The position numbers and the translations under genes were made by a program. The notes beneath the pieces are model-generated. The model saw only the letters and a program-made list of their open reading frames with translations, ran no database searches and had not been told where the DNA came from. A stretch of 64,000 nt of DNA from Candidatus Ozemobacteraceae bacterium (GTDB taxonomy: Bacteria; Muiribacteriota; Ozemobacteria; Ozemobacterales; Ozemobacteraceae), in the NCBI GenBank assembly GCA_965140445.1, contig OZ223236.1:832001-896000 (forward strand), in the 5' to 3' direction. This document shows, piece after piece, positions 9,736 through 19,005 of this stretch (positions within the stretch are counted from its first letter, which is position 1; each line of letters opens with the position of its first letter).

Positions 9736-11487
9736 ATGCCAAAAAATACCATAAAAATTAAACCGGCAAAATTGCGGGTTTTTTATCAGTTCCTTATTCC
9801 AATTGGTGTTTTGCTGCTTTGTTTTACTTATGTGCAACGAAATGTAATTGATGAACTTTTTAAAAGCATACAATCATGTCTTGTGGATTCTACTAGTCGA
9901 AACATAAATCATGCTGAGTCAGAGATTAGTTCTTTGTTACTAAAGCAGGGTGAGGAACTTCTAAAATTTAATACCCGCGCACTTTTAAACGAGGAATTGG
10001 CTTATTTGGAAAGGGAAGCAGCCAGGTCTGAAAATGGTTTCTATTCTACCCCAGAGAGGCTTGCTGAATTTTGTATTAACGATATCGGCTTCCAAAAGAT
10101 TGCTTTAAAAACATTTGGGAAGTATGGATACACCAATGCCTCAGTAAGAAGTGGAGAGAAGCTTATCTCGATAGCTCATCCCAAGAATGATTTGCTCGGA
10201 AAAGACCTTTTTGCGGTTAATGATTCTATGCCAGACGATGATAAAGTTAAGCAGAAAGCTGATGAATTCGGACGTCACTGGAAATACATGATCTCTGGGA
10301 AGATCGAGTATGAGCAGACTTCAACTTTTTTACCCATGCATCTGCCAGCTGAAATTGGAAGGAAAAAAATTGCTTATCATATTTGGGGAGAATTTAAAAA
10401 AATTCCTATTGTCGTAGAAACAACCGCCTATCTTGGGGAGTTCTTAATTCCTGTAAAAAACGTGAAAAATCAGCACCAGAGCATTTTGAATGAAATTGTT
10501 GCTCATACCCTTGAAAATGAATCATTTCTGAAGCAGCAGACTTTTTGGCTGGCGATTGCATTTCTAGTTCTGGTTTTTGGTGTGACTGCGGTGGCATATT
10601 TTAGAGTTGTGGAGAGACCAATTAGAAAAATTATTAAGGGGTTAGAAGCTTTTGCTGATGGTAATTTTGAAAAGAGGATAAATTGCTCTACCGGGAATGA
10701 GCTGGGCCAGATTGCTTCTATTTCTAACCAGATGGCAGAAAAGCTGGCTATAACTGTTCACTCATTAGAAGATTTGAATAAAAATTTAGAACACAAAGTT
10801 GAAGAGAGAACCTTAGAGCTCGAAAAGACTAATAAAGAACTGGAAAAAAGAACAGAGGAATCTGATCGCTTGTTACTAAATACTTTGCCTGCCTCTATTG
10901 CCGCCAGATTGAAGGCTGGAGAAGAGCTTATTGTTGATGGCTTTGCGATGGCGACTGTTTTATTTACTGATTTTAAAGGGTTCACCTCAATTAGTGAAAC
11001 TGTTACTCCAGAGCGTTTGGTTGGTGAACTAAATGAAATCTTTGCAGAGTTTGACCATTTATGCCTTGAGTATGGAATTGAAAAGATTAAAACAATTGGA
11101 GATGCATACATGGCAGTGGGAGGAGTTCCAGTCCCTGATTCAGATCACCCTGAAAAAGTTGTAAGATTGGGAATAGCAATGCGAGATGTTATTTCAGCAA
11201 GATTGGAAGATAAAAGCAAACTTCCTTTTAAGATTAGGGTTGGAATTCATTCTGGTTCATTGATTGCTGGTGTTATTGGTAAAAGTAAATTTACTTATGA
11301 TTTGTGGGGAGATACGGTAAATATTGCTAGTCGGTGCGAATCAACTTCTGAACCTATGAAAGTTAATCTTTCTGAGAACACATACAAATTGGTTAAGGAC
11401 AAATTTTCCATAGAATCTCGCGGCTTGATTTCGGCAAAAGGAAAAGGGGAGCTCCCAATGTACTTTGCTGAATTAAAAAGCTCCTGA
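9736..11487 (+). CDS. Membrane class III adenylate cyclase (periplasmic sensor + HAMP + cyclase)
   Basis: Two TM helices, HAMP (NELGQIA), FTDFKGFT, KTIGDAYM, YDLWGDTVNIASRCE; Lys/Asp specificity residues indicate ATP. Confidence 0.9.
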   Translation: MPKNTIKIKPAKLRVFYQFLIPIGVLLLCFTYVQRNVIDELFKSIQSCLVDSTSRNINHAESEISSLLLKQGEELLKFNTRALLNEELAYLEREAARSENGFYSTPERLAEFCINDIGFQKIALKTFGKYGYTNASVRSGEKLISIAHPKNDLLGKDLFAVNDSMPDDDKVKQKADEFGRHWKYMISGKIEYEQTSTFLPMHLPAEIGRKKIAYHIWGEFKKIPIVVETTAYLGEFLIPVKNVKNQHQSILNEIVAHTLENESFLKQQTFWLAIAFLVLVFGVTAVAYFRVVERPIRKIIKGLEAFADGNFEKRINCSTGNELGQIASISNQMAEKLAITVHSLEDLNKNLEHKVEERTLELEKTNKELEKRTEESDRLLLNTLPASIAARLKAGEELIVDGFAMATVLFTDFKGFTSISETVTPERLVGELNEIFAEFDHLCLEYGIEKIKTIGDAYMAVGGVPVPDSDHPEKVVRLGIAMRDVISARLEDKSKLPFKIRVGIHSGSLIAGVIGKSKFTYDLWGDTVNIASRCESTSEPMKVNLSENTYKLVKDKFSIESRGLISAKGKGELPMYFAELKSS

Positions 11488-11547
11488 ATCTGTAATACTA
11501 GATAATATTCTATTGAGCTGGTAGAATCAGGTTTGAGGTGTCAGATT

Positions 11548-12315
11548 ATGAATAAGCACTTGTGTTTAATTTCTCTGTTTTTCTGGAGTTTTCTGACCTC
11601 TACTTTTGCTTGCGATATGAGTCTTATATCTCTGATTTCTGGTGAAGACTCAAACAGCTCGTTCATTGGACGAGTTGCAAGTGTAAGCGCTACAATCAAA
11701 AGTCTTGGGGAAGTTGCACTTGATGCTGAAAAGTCCGCTCCAATTCTGGAAAAGCTCATGAAGGAGTGGATGGAATTTGATATCAACTTTGGCCAGTATC
11801 CTCCGGATTGGGCAAAAAATGACAGCAAATGGAAGACAAAATTAAAGGTAATTTCAAATGGGATCGGAAAGATCAGGCTTGCATATCAAAATAAAGATCT
11901 AGAGTTCGCTCACAACACAGTTTTATCAATTTCCAGAAAAATCAGCAGGCTTTTTGAATTCATGCCAATGGACGAAGCAAACAGAAGCCTGGTAAAGTTT
12001 GCTATATATATTGATGATCTTTGGGATGCTTTTTATGCGGATGACAAGGCAAGTTTTGGTGAAATAATAGAAGTTTTTGAAAATGATGCTATTTCGTTTA
12101 GCGCAAAGTTGTCAAAGCAAAAGCAATTGATAACCCAGGATTTTCTTGTGAGGGTAAATGAAGTTAAATTATTTTCCACTCCACGGCCACCGGCCATGTC
12201 AAACATGTTAAAAAGCAACCTTGAACTGATTGAAAAGTCATTTGTGAATTTGAATCTGGCTTTTTCCAAACAAACATTAGGAAGATTGCCAGATCAGAAT
12301 GAAGAGAGGAGATAA
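11548..12315 (+). CDS. Secreted alpha-helical hypothetical protein
   Basis: Start moved to ATG 11548 after GAGGTG; signal peptide ending TFA. Confidence 0.65.
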   Translation: MNKHLCLISLFFWSFLTSTFACDMSLISLISGEDSNSSFIGRVASVSATIKSLGEVALDAEKSAPILEKLMKEWMEFDINFGQYPPDWAKNDSKWKTKLKVISNGIGKIRLAYQNKDLEFAHNTVLSISRKISRLFEFMPMDEANRSLVKFAIYIDDLWDAFYADDKASFGEIIEVFENDAISFSAKLSKQKQLITQDFLVRVNEVKLFSTPRPPAMSNMLKSNLELIEKSFVNLNLAFSKQTLGRLPDQNEERR

Positions 12316-12317
12316 AA

Positions 12318-12920
12318 GTGTTAAGTCGCAATGAATTTGATGAATGGACAGAAAAAGCCTTTGCTTTCCATACCAAAAGGGCGCCAGGTATTGTGATTGG
12401 TGTCGCAATGGTTGATCTGGCAAAAGAAAAGCTTGGTCAGGTAAAAACACGTTTAAATGCAATCGCTGAAACTCAGGCCTGTATTGTTGATGTTATCCAG
12501 ATAATGCTGGGCTGCACTGTTGGTAATAAGTATCTTCGGGTTGTAAAAGAACTTGGACATTATGCGTTAACTCTTTTCGATCGTTTTGATGGAAGAGGGG
12601 TGAGAGTTTTTGTAGATGTAAGCAAGATAGACCCTGAAAAAACTCCCGAGCTGGCAAGATTTTTTAAAAGAACCAGAGACCCCGAAGTGAAGAAGGGTGG
12701 GGAAGCAAGGATTAAATCAGGGCAAAAAATCATTAAAGAATTTCATTCAATTGATAGGGACATTTTTGGAGTGGAAAATGTTCGTGTGATCGATCATGAT
12801 AAACCTCCAATGCTGCCTGCAGGAGTTTGTGAAGGGTGCGGTGAATCCTTTTTGGCTGTTGCAGACGAGAAGAAATGTCAGAGTTGCACTGGAAAACTAA
12901 AATATTTTGAATTAATGTAG
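12318..12920 (+). CDS. FmdE-family protein with C-terminal zinc ribbon
   Basis: FHxxxAPG, ETxxCxxDxIQ..GCTVGN, CxxCGE...CxxC; RBS GAGGAG. Confidence 0.85.
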   Translation: MLSRNEFDEWTEKAFAFHTKRAPGIVIGVAMVDLAKEKLGQVKTRLNAIAETQACIVDVIQIMLGCTVGNKYLRVVKELGHYALTLFDRFDGRGVRVFVDVSKIDPEKTPELARFFKRTRDPEVKKGGEARIKSGQKIIKEFHSIDRDIFGVENVRVIDHDKPPMLPAGVCEGCGESFLAVADEKKCQSCTGKLKYFELM

Positions 12921-12935
12921 TTTAAAAAAGAAAAA

Positions 12936-12964
12936 GCCTTCAAAGTTAAAACAACTTTGAAGGC
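12936..12964. terminator. Bidirectional intrinsic terminator
   Basis: GCCTTCAAAGTT / AACTTTGAAGGC stem flanked by A- and T-tracts, between convergent genes. Confidence 0.85.
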
Positions 12965-12976
12965 CTTTTCTTTTGT

Positions 12977-13915
12977 TTATAGAGTTTCCGGTTGTGCAGA
13001 ATCTTCTTTTGCTTGAGTCTTAGTGCTCATTAGAGGGCCGGTGATCTTGATTATATGCTTTGGACACACATTTTTACATTCAAGGCATCTTATACATTCG
13101 CAATTGTCCAGTTCATCCGGAACATATAAGTCGGTTGGGCAAACTTTAGAGCACATTCCGCATGATATGCAGGCATCTTTTTCAATTTCCAGCTTGTAAA
13201 AACTCACTTTGTTTAAAGGAGCTAAAAAGGCTCCCAGGGGGCAAACCCATCGACAAAATGGTCTTTTAATGAAAACCATCATAGCCATTAATATAGCTAA
13301 CAGTGTTACCTTCCATGCGAATAGCTTTCCAAGCATGGATCGTAAGTCGGGGTTCAGGTAGGCGAGGGGAATACCGCCTTCGAGAGTTCCAGCCGGACAA
13401 ATAAACTTACAGAAACTTGGCTCTCCTCCACCATATTCATCTACCCAAAATGCTGGTAGCAAAATTACAAAAACGATTAGAAAGCCATATTTTAAGTATT
13501 TAAGCCAATTTGCTCCCTTGAATTTGGGCGAGGGGATCTTATTTGCAATATCCTGGAGCCAACCAAATGGACATGCCCATCCGCAGGTGGCTCTACCGAA
13601 AATCACTCCAATCAAAAACAGGAAACCAATTATAAAAAATGGAGTTGAAGTGAAAATCACATTTAAACGATCCTTAAGTGAATGGGTGGCGGTAACATCC
13701 AATCCACCTCCACCGGCAATGGCTACTTGCGCTGCTCCCACCGGGCATGCGAAAAGAGCACCAGGACAACTATAGCAGTTTAAGGTTGGAACGCAGGCGT
13801 GCTTAAGAACGCCTTGATATATAGTTCCGTTCGCGAAACCTTTAAAATAGCCGTTCGATATTGCTGCGGTTACAGCTTGAACTCCAAATCTGAGGTTTAA
13901 CCAAGTCCTATGCAT
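12977..13915 (-). CDS. Membrane 4Fe-4S binding protein (NapH/FixG-like)
   Basis: CVPTLNCYSCP..CPVG, GRATCGWACPFG, FCKFICPAG, FCRWVCPLG and two CxxCxxCxxxCP motifs; ATG 13915 preferred as start. Confidence 0.88.
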   Translation of the reverse strand: MHRTWLNLRFGVQAVTAAISNGYFKGFANGTIYQGVLKHACVPTLNCYSCPGALFACPVGAAQVAIAGGGGLDVTATHSLKDRLNVIFTSTPFFIIGFLFLIGVIFGRATCGWACPFGWLQDIANKIPSPKFKGANWLKYLKYGFLIVFVILLPAFWVDEYGGGEPSFCKFICPAGTLEGGIPLAYLNPDLRSMLGKLFAWKVTLLAILMAMMVFIKRPFCRWVCPLGAFLAPLNKVSFYKLEIEKDACISCGMCSKVCPTDLYVPDELDNCECIRCLECKNVCPKHIIKITGPLMSTKTQAKEDSAQPETL

Positions 13916-14043
13916 TGAGTACACACCTGTATTGCCTTTTGAAAATAGCTTTGTGGTTCACCAGTATGAAAGCCGATTCCAATAAAAATTGCTGCCACTA
14001 CTAATAAAGCAATAGAAGCTAGAAACCTTTTTTTGTCCTGCAT
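13897..14043 (-). CDS. Small membrane CXXC protein (CD1871A-like), 48 aa, absent from the ORF track
   Basis: Manual translation MQDKKRFLASIALLVVAAIFIGIGFHTGEPQSYFQKAIQVCTQCIGLG*; starts 1 bp after the phoA stop and overlaps the 4Fe-4S gene start. Confidence 0.85.
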   Translation of the reverse strand: MQDKKRFLASIALLVVAAIFIGIGFHTGEPQSYFQKAIQVCTQCIGLG

Positions 14044-14044
14044 T

Positions 14045-15145
14045 TTAATAATCCTGCTTTACCAATTTGATTAGGGTTTTACCTATATGAGTGTTGTCGA
14101 AAAAGCCCATAAATAAATCTGAAGAAGGGCCAAAAGAAAAAACTGGAATCATATCAGCGGAATGTTGATCTGTTCCAAATGATGTTTTTGAAATCGTTCT
14201 ATCCTGGAGATTTCCGTCTAGTATTGAATATCCACCAGTCTCGTGATCTCCAGTAACTACTACTAAAGTATCGGGATTTTTTCTGGCAAATTTAAGCGCT
14301 TCTGAAACCGCTGAATCAAAATCTATAAGTTCGCCAAGCATTCTTTCTGAATCATTGTTATGACAAGCCATATCAATCTGAGAACCTTCAACCATAAGAA
14401 AGAAACCATTTTCTTTGTTTTCATGAAGAATCTCAATTGCTTTTTTGGTCAGCTCTCCAAGGGTGTAGTCTCTTTTTGTAGCTGGCGGAAGATGTTTTTC
14501 TGCAAGAAAAGCTGCAGCAGTTTTGGTTTTACCAAGTTTGCGAAAGGTATTAATTGAAGATACGACTGGCATTCTTTTACGTAATTCTGAAATCAAATTG
14601 GGATTGTCAGCATCTTTATTTTCTTCAACTTTAGTGTTTCTGAAGTATTTTAAGCCACCGCCAAACATGACTTCTAAATTAGCATTTACCTGTTGTCTGG
14701 CAATCTCCGGATACATGTTTCTGTGTTTTACATGGGCTGTAAATCCGCCTGGAGTAGCATGAGTTACGATGCTTGTGGAAACAATTCCTGTGGCTTTTTT
14801 ATTTTCTTCTGCCCACTCGACAACGTTTTTTATTTTCTGGTTTTCAGGAGTTGTTCCAACACGATAATTTTCGGTTTTTTCACCTGTGGCAAGAGCCGTC
14901 GCTGCTGCAGCTGAGTCTGTAACCAGATGGCTTTTTGACCAGGTGGTTTGGAACCCGATCTTTTTAAAATTTTCAATTGCCAGATCTCTAGCAACAATTT
15001 TACCGGCAGTTAATTGAGTAATTCCCATTCCATCACCAATAAGAAGGATGATGTTCTTTGGAGTCTCTGCCATCAAAGGACAGGTAGAAGCGAACACTGA
15101 GAAGACAAGAGAAATTACGAGAGTGGATTTGGCTAAAAAGTTCAT
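14045..15145 (-). CDS. phoA: Alkaline phosphatase
   Basis: Signal peptide; IGDGMG, VTDSAA (catalytic Ser), THATP, VEGSQID..CH, GDHETGG. Confidence 0.92.
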   Translation of the reverse strand: MNFLAKSTLVISLVFSVFASTCPLMAETPKNIILLIGDGMGITQLTAGKIVARDLAIENFKKIGFQTTWSKSHLVTDSAAAATALATGEKTENYRVGTTPENQKIKNVVEWAEENKKATGIVSTSIVTHATPGGFTAHVKHRNMYPEIARQQVNANLEVMFGGGLKYFRNTKVEENKDADNPNLISELRKRMPVVSSINTFRKLGKTKTAAAFLAEKHLPPATKRDYTLGELTKKAIEILHENKENGFFLMVEGSQIDMACHNNDSERMLGELIDFDSAVSEALKFARKNPDTLVVVTGDHETGGYSILDGNLQDRTISKTSFGTDQHSADMIPVFSFGPSSDLFMGFFDNTHIGKTLIKLVKQDY

Positions 15146-15233
15146 ATTTCTTTCCTATTAATTATCTGTTTTTCTCGAATGTATTAAAAAATATGCACGT
15201 TGGCAATAGCAAACTGGTTAAAGACAATAAATC

Positions 15234-15261
15234 TAACGAAAACAATTTAACTGGCCGATAG
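15234..15261 (+). promoter_or_regulatory. Putative sigma28 (FliA/SigD)-type promoter
   Basis: TAAC-N16-GCCGATAG upstream of ORF 15325. Confidence 0.65.
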
Positions 15262-15324
15262 TTTAGTAAGCCAAGTTACCTGGGCGATAAAAATTCGAAA
15301 AGATATACCTACAGGGGGCAAAGA

Positions 15325-15594
15325 ATGGGTGTTTTAATCCCTTTGTTTAAGTCACGAGAAACAGAATCCGATCTTCATCTTAGCAGCGAAGAGCAGCTTA
15401 GAGTTAGACTTATTCAAAATTCAATGGAAGCCTTGAAAAAAGAGGAAAAAGCTGTAGAAAACGAGATTTCCGAAAAATGTAAAGAAGAAATCAATCGACT
15501 TGATATTATTGATAGAAAATTCAGACAGCTTGAAAAAGAGCTTGAGGAAGTCTGCAGAAGCAGTAGGCAGCCTGATGTGAAACGGGGGCACTGA
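15325..15594 (+). CDS. Small coiled-coil hypothetical protein
   Basis: RBS AGGGGG; charged heptad pattern; downstream of a sigma28-like promoter. Confidence 0.65.
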   Translation: MGVLIPLFKSRETESDLHLSSEEQLRVRLIQNSMEALKKEEKAVENEISEKCKEEINRLDIIDRKFRQLEKELEEVCRSSRQPDVKRGH

Positions 15595-15785
15595 TGTTAA
15601 AACATTCTTTGTTCTCTAATTTCTATCTTAACAGAAAAAACAACCAGCTAAGACAGTCTGGTGAAACTCAAGAGCCGGGAGCAATTCATGGCGCACTTGC
15701 TGTATCACGCAAAGAATCGCAATCTACCGGGATTCCGGTAAGTCGAATGCGCTCACGAACATGGTGGGAAAGCGGCTGGAAGTAA
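15594..15785 (+). CDS. Small hypothetical protein (63 aa)
   Basis: TGATG coupling to the upstream ORF; followed by a hairpin at about 15797-15824. Confidence 0.5.
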   Translation: MLKHSLFSNFYLNRKNNQLRQSGETQEPGAIHGALAVSRKESQSTGIPVSRMRSRTWWESGWK

Positions 15786-15822
15786 ATGTTGATAAATAAA
15801 ACCGTCTTAATTTAAGGCGGTT

Positions 15823-16938
15823 TTATTTTTTCAGGACATTAGCGAAACTTTTGATGTGCTGGCGCATTGCTTTTTCCCAGGTAAATTTCTGGGATTGTTT
15901 AATGGCCTGGCTTCTAGAACTTTTTCTGTCTCGATTAAGTAGCCTTTGCATCGCTTGAGCAAGTGAAACCCCATCAAATGGCCTGGCATATTCTGCTGAT
16001 TCTTCACAAATTTCTGGCATTGGACCAATATCCATGGCTACGACTGGACATGAACAACCCATTGATTCCAGGAGAATGTTAGGGCAATTCTCGCACCAGG
16101 AAGTGTAAACCATTGCTTCTGCGTTTGCGTATAAGCCTGGCAACTGATTATAAGGCACTTTATCCAGAAAAATGATTCTATCGGTAACCTTTGCGTCAAT
16201 GGCTCTTTGTTTAACCATTTTTAAATATCCAAGGTCAAATTCTTTCCCAGCTACGTAGACTGGGGGAAGTGTGCGGTCGTGGGCCAGAGCATCAACAATA
16301 TATTCCAGGCCTTTGTATACGTATAGATTTGAAACAAACAGAAAGTAAGGTTTTTTCAGCCTTTTTAAGGTTGCCGGGGCTGAAGGGTTAAACATTGGAC
16401 TTGTTCCATGATAAAGAACATCGCTTTCCAATCCTGGAACCCACTTTTTTAATAGCTCTGCTGTTGCATGTGAAAGAGAAATTATTTTATCTGCATTTCT
16501 TAGTGCATGAAGAGTTAGCCATTGTAGGGAAAGCATTTGCAGAGTTTTTGCCAATGGCTCAAAATTAAAAAGGAGCTTTCTTACTTTTGGAGTAAGTGGA
16601 GCAACATTTTGAACCATTACTACTACAGGAATTCCGGGGTTAATAAGAGGCATGATGTTGGCTACGCAGAAAAGCAGGTCTGCCTTTTTTTCCTTGCATA
16701 GGCTTATCAGTCCTGTGTTCTCCCACAAATATCTGGATACTAGATTTCCTGAGGCTTTTTTGATCTGAAGTATTTCAATGTTCTTATACTCTTTGCAAGC
16801 CTCTGGAACGTTCATTTCTGGAACCGCAAAAATGAAATGCGATTCTGGTGAAATTGCAGGGAGCCATTCCAGAAGATTCAGCAGGTAGGCTACTCCGCCT
16901 CCCGCTCTGGCTGAAACTGCATTTATTAAAATTCGCAT
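15823..16938 (-). CDS. Glycosyltransferase family 4
   Basis: MRILINA..GGG N-terminus; ENCPNILLE (EX7E) motif; start reassigned to ATG 16938. Confidence 0.9.
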   Translation of the reverse strand: MRILINAVSARAGGGVAYLLNLLEWLPAISPESHFIFAVPEMNVPEACKEYKNIEILQIKKASGNLVSRYLWENTGLISLCKEKKADLLFCVANIMPLINPGIPVVVMVQNVAPLTPKVRKLLFNFEPLAKTLQMLSLQWLTLHALRNADKIISLSHATAELLKKWVPGLESDVLYHGTSPMFNPSAPATLKRLKKPYFLFVSNLYVYKGLEYIVDALAHDRTLPPVYVAGKEFDLGYLKMVKQRAIDAKVTDRIIFLDKVPYNQLPGLYANAEAMVYTSWCENCPNILLESMGCSCPVVAMDIGPMPEICEESAEYARPFDGVSLAQAMQRLLNRDRKSSRSQAIKQSQKFTWEKAMRQHIKSFANVLKK

Positions 16939-16944
16939 TGGCGT

Positions 16945-16973
16945 ATTATAAACCAACAACATATTAAACTCAA
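16945..16973 (-). promoter_or_regulatory. Sigma70 promoter, leaderless geometry
   Basis: TTGAGT-N17-TATAAT-N6-ATG with no Shine-Dalgarno. Confidence 0.7.
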
Positions 16974-16990
16974 TAAAAGCCGCTAAAAAT

Positions 16991-17021
16991 AGAAATCCCG
17001 CTCGTAGCGAGCGGGATTTCT
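16991..17021 (-). terminator. Intrinsic terminator
   Basis: AGAAATCCCGCTCG / CGAGCGGGATTTCT stem downstream of the 17041 ORF. Confidence 0.85.
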
Positions 17022-17040
17022 GGGTTTTAGAAAGTATTGT

Positions 17041-18822
17041 TTATTTATCAGCTAACTTTTCGATATCTTCAGGCCATAAAGCCATGTTTTGTTTAACATA
17101 GTCTTTTACGTAGTCAGCAGCTTTGTGGTTGTATACTGAGAAATTTAAAACAGCGTTGTATTTAGGATAACGATCTGGTCCAACGAGTTTTTCGATAACT
17201 TCAACAGGATTTCCTTTGAAGAAACCAAGTTTTTCTCTTTCAGTCACAATTTTTGCAGCATCAGATTCGGCGAATCCGATCATTCTTAGCATTTTAACTG
17301 TAACGGTGTTGAGATCCATTCTGAATTCCCAGTAATCGTTATTTTTTCCCATTTTCTTAGCGATTGAATCTTTAAAAGATCCGAGGAGTCCAGATTTTTT
17401 CTCAAGTTTAACTTTGCCGGCAAACCACATTTGTGGGCCAACGTTAGCAAAAATATTGGCTCCAGACATTGCTTTCTTGAAGAGAGCTTCAGTATAGCTT
17501 CTATATGCATCTCTGGCTTTTAGATAATCATTTTTGCTAACTTTTTTCTGAACGTAAGCGACTTTATATTGATAATAGTTTTTGTAGCCTTCGGCAGCTC
17601 TTTTATCCAAAGTCACATAGTTGGTGCCTTCCAGGAAAATTCTATAAACAACTCTTTTATCTTCAGGGAAGAGTTCTACATAGTTTTTAACAAATTCAAC
17701 AAAATCCATTGGGTTTGTAAGCATTGTTTGAACACATTTTTCAAATGGAGCGTTGATTGCCCTGCTTGTAAGAATGTCATAAAACAAACCAGCTACAACA
17801 CCTTCTGTGGACATCAGCTGAAGGCCATTCTTCATGGTTCCGGTTTTTTTGCCAACGTGATTTGCCCAAACATATCTGTCGCGGCGTATTGGGTCCTGGC
17901 GGCCATAGAGGAATTCTGAAATATTGTATTTTTTTCTATCTTTTTCTTTCAGCTTTGGATTAGATGGACCATAAACGGCTTCAAATGCTTCAGCCCAACC
18001 TTCGATGTAGGCCATTCCCAGATCTGTTATATAAGGAGCATCGTGACCATTGGTTGAAGTTCTCTGAATTTTATGGAAAAGTTTGCCATAAAGGTCGAAC
18101 TGAATTCCATGAGCATTTTCATGGGCAAGAACGAGATCAAGCGTGTCGTTTTCAAGTGCTTCTTTTACAGAGAAAAGTGTTTTACCACCTGATTTTATAT
18201 CAAGAACGCAGATGGCAGAAGTTTCAAGTCCAAATCTTTTTCCTGTTTTAGGATCAACCATTTCCACACCCATAGGCATCATGCATGGGCCTGGGGCCGG
18301 AACAAATGCTGGCAAAGGAGACTTAGCCATAACTACCATAGGAGAACCAACTGACTGGGAAAGAAAATTTATTACATTCTTTTTTTGTTCAGCGGTAAGC
18401 TGAGAAGCTTTTTCAATTGCAGGACGCAGAGCCTGATATCTGATTTGTCTTGCTGTTTTTCTAAGTTTAAGTGAATCCTGCATTTCTTTGCTTTTTAGAA
18501 GATATGGAAGAACCACTGCATTATGATAGCCCTTTGCTTCAGCTGGTTCACCCTGGAAGGCTTCAGCAGAAAGTGCGAAAACAAGAAATCCTGCATCTGG
18601 GATTTTTACTGTTTTTGGCAGATTGAGTGCTTTACCAAGAAAACCGCCAATAAGTTTGCCTTTTCCCTGGGTTATAGGCTGCAAAACGGCTATTGGATTT
18701 TCCATAATGCTCTGAGCATCATTCGAAAGTTGTGTTACAGGCTTTCTCGCAAATGAAGAGCTTGTAAAAAGCAGAACGAAAATCAATAAAGAGAACAAAT
18801 ATTTGTTTTGTTTATACTTCAT
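17041..18822 (-). CDS. Secreted putative gluzincin-like metallopeptidase with C-terminal helix-hairpin-helix-like segment
   Basis: Signal peptide ending SFA; HENAH plus downstream EGWAE; DLNTVT..L..IG....AAKIV.ERE.LGFF resembles ComEA HhH; start ATG 18822 after AGGAGG. Confidence 0.65.
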   Translation of the reverse strand: MKYKQNKYLFSLLIFVLLFTSSSFARKPVTQLSNDAQSIMENPIAVLQPITQGKGKLIGGFLGKALNLPKTVKIPDAGFLVFALSAEAFQGEPAEAKGYHNAVVLPYLLKSKEMQDSLKLRKTARQIRYQALRPAIEKASQLTAEQKKNVINFLSQSVGSPMVVMAKSPLPAFVPAPGPCMMPMGVEMVDPKTGKRFGLETSAICVLDIKSGGKTLFSVKEALENDTLDLVLAHENAHGIQFDLYGKLFHKIQRTSTNGHDAPYITDLGMAYIEGWAEAFEAVYGPSNPKLKEKDRKKYNISEFLYGRQDPIRRDRYVWANHVGKKTGTMKNGLQLMSTEGVVAGLFYDILTSRAINAPFEKCVQTMLTNPMDFVEFVKNYVELFPEDKRVVYRIFLEGTNYVTLDKRAAEGYKNYYQYKVAYVQKKVSKNDYLKARDAYRSYTEALFKKAMSGANIFANVGPQMWFAGKVKLEKKSGLLGSFKDSIAKKMGKNNDYWEFRMDLNTVTVKMLRMIGFAESDAAKIVTEREKLGFFKGNPVEVIEKLVGPDRYPKYNAVLNFSVYNHKAADYVKDYVKQNMALWPEDIEKLADK

Positions 18823-18846
18823 GGTCCCTCCTGAATGTATTATTTT

Positions 18847-18875
18847 ATTGTACATAGCCGAAACTTTGACGTCAA
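18847..18875 (-). promoter_or_regulatory. Sigma70 promoter
   Basis: TTGACG-N17-TACAAT; the -35 lies within the palindrome TTGACGTCAA. Confidence 0.65.
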
Positions 18876-19005
18876 TAGTTTGAGGTGCTAAAAATGCGTC
18901 TTTTTACTTAGTGAGTAAGATTGACTCCGGTGCAAAAAAACAACGTGACCATCAATCAAAGATTAACAGTCACGTTATATGTTTGAAATTAATTTTTACT
19001 TTTCT

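Noticed and set aside
3612..14043. Selenocysteine recoding in the redox genes
   Set aside because: These ORFs are complete with Cys at motif positions, and the CXXC peptide ends in TAA, not TGA.
15263..15290. Second sigma28-like -10 element (GGCGATAA)
   Set aside because: No acceptable -35 at 15-16 nt spacing.
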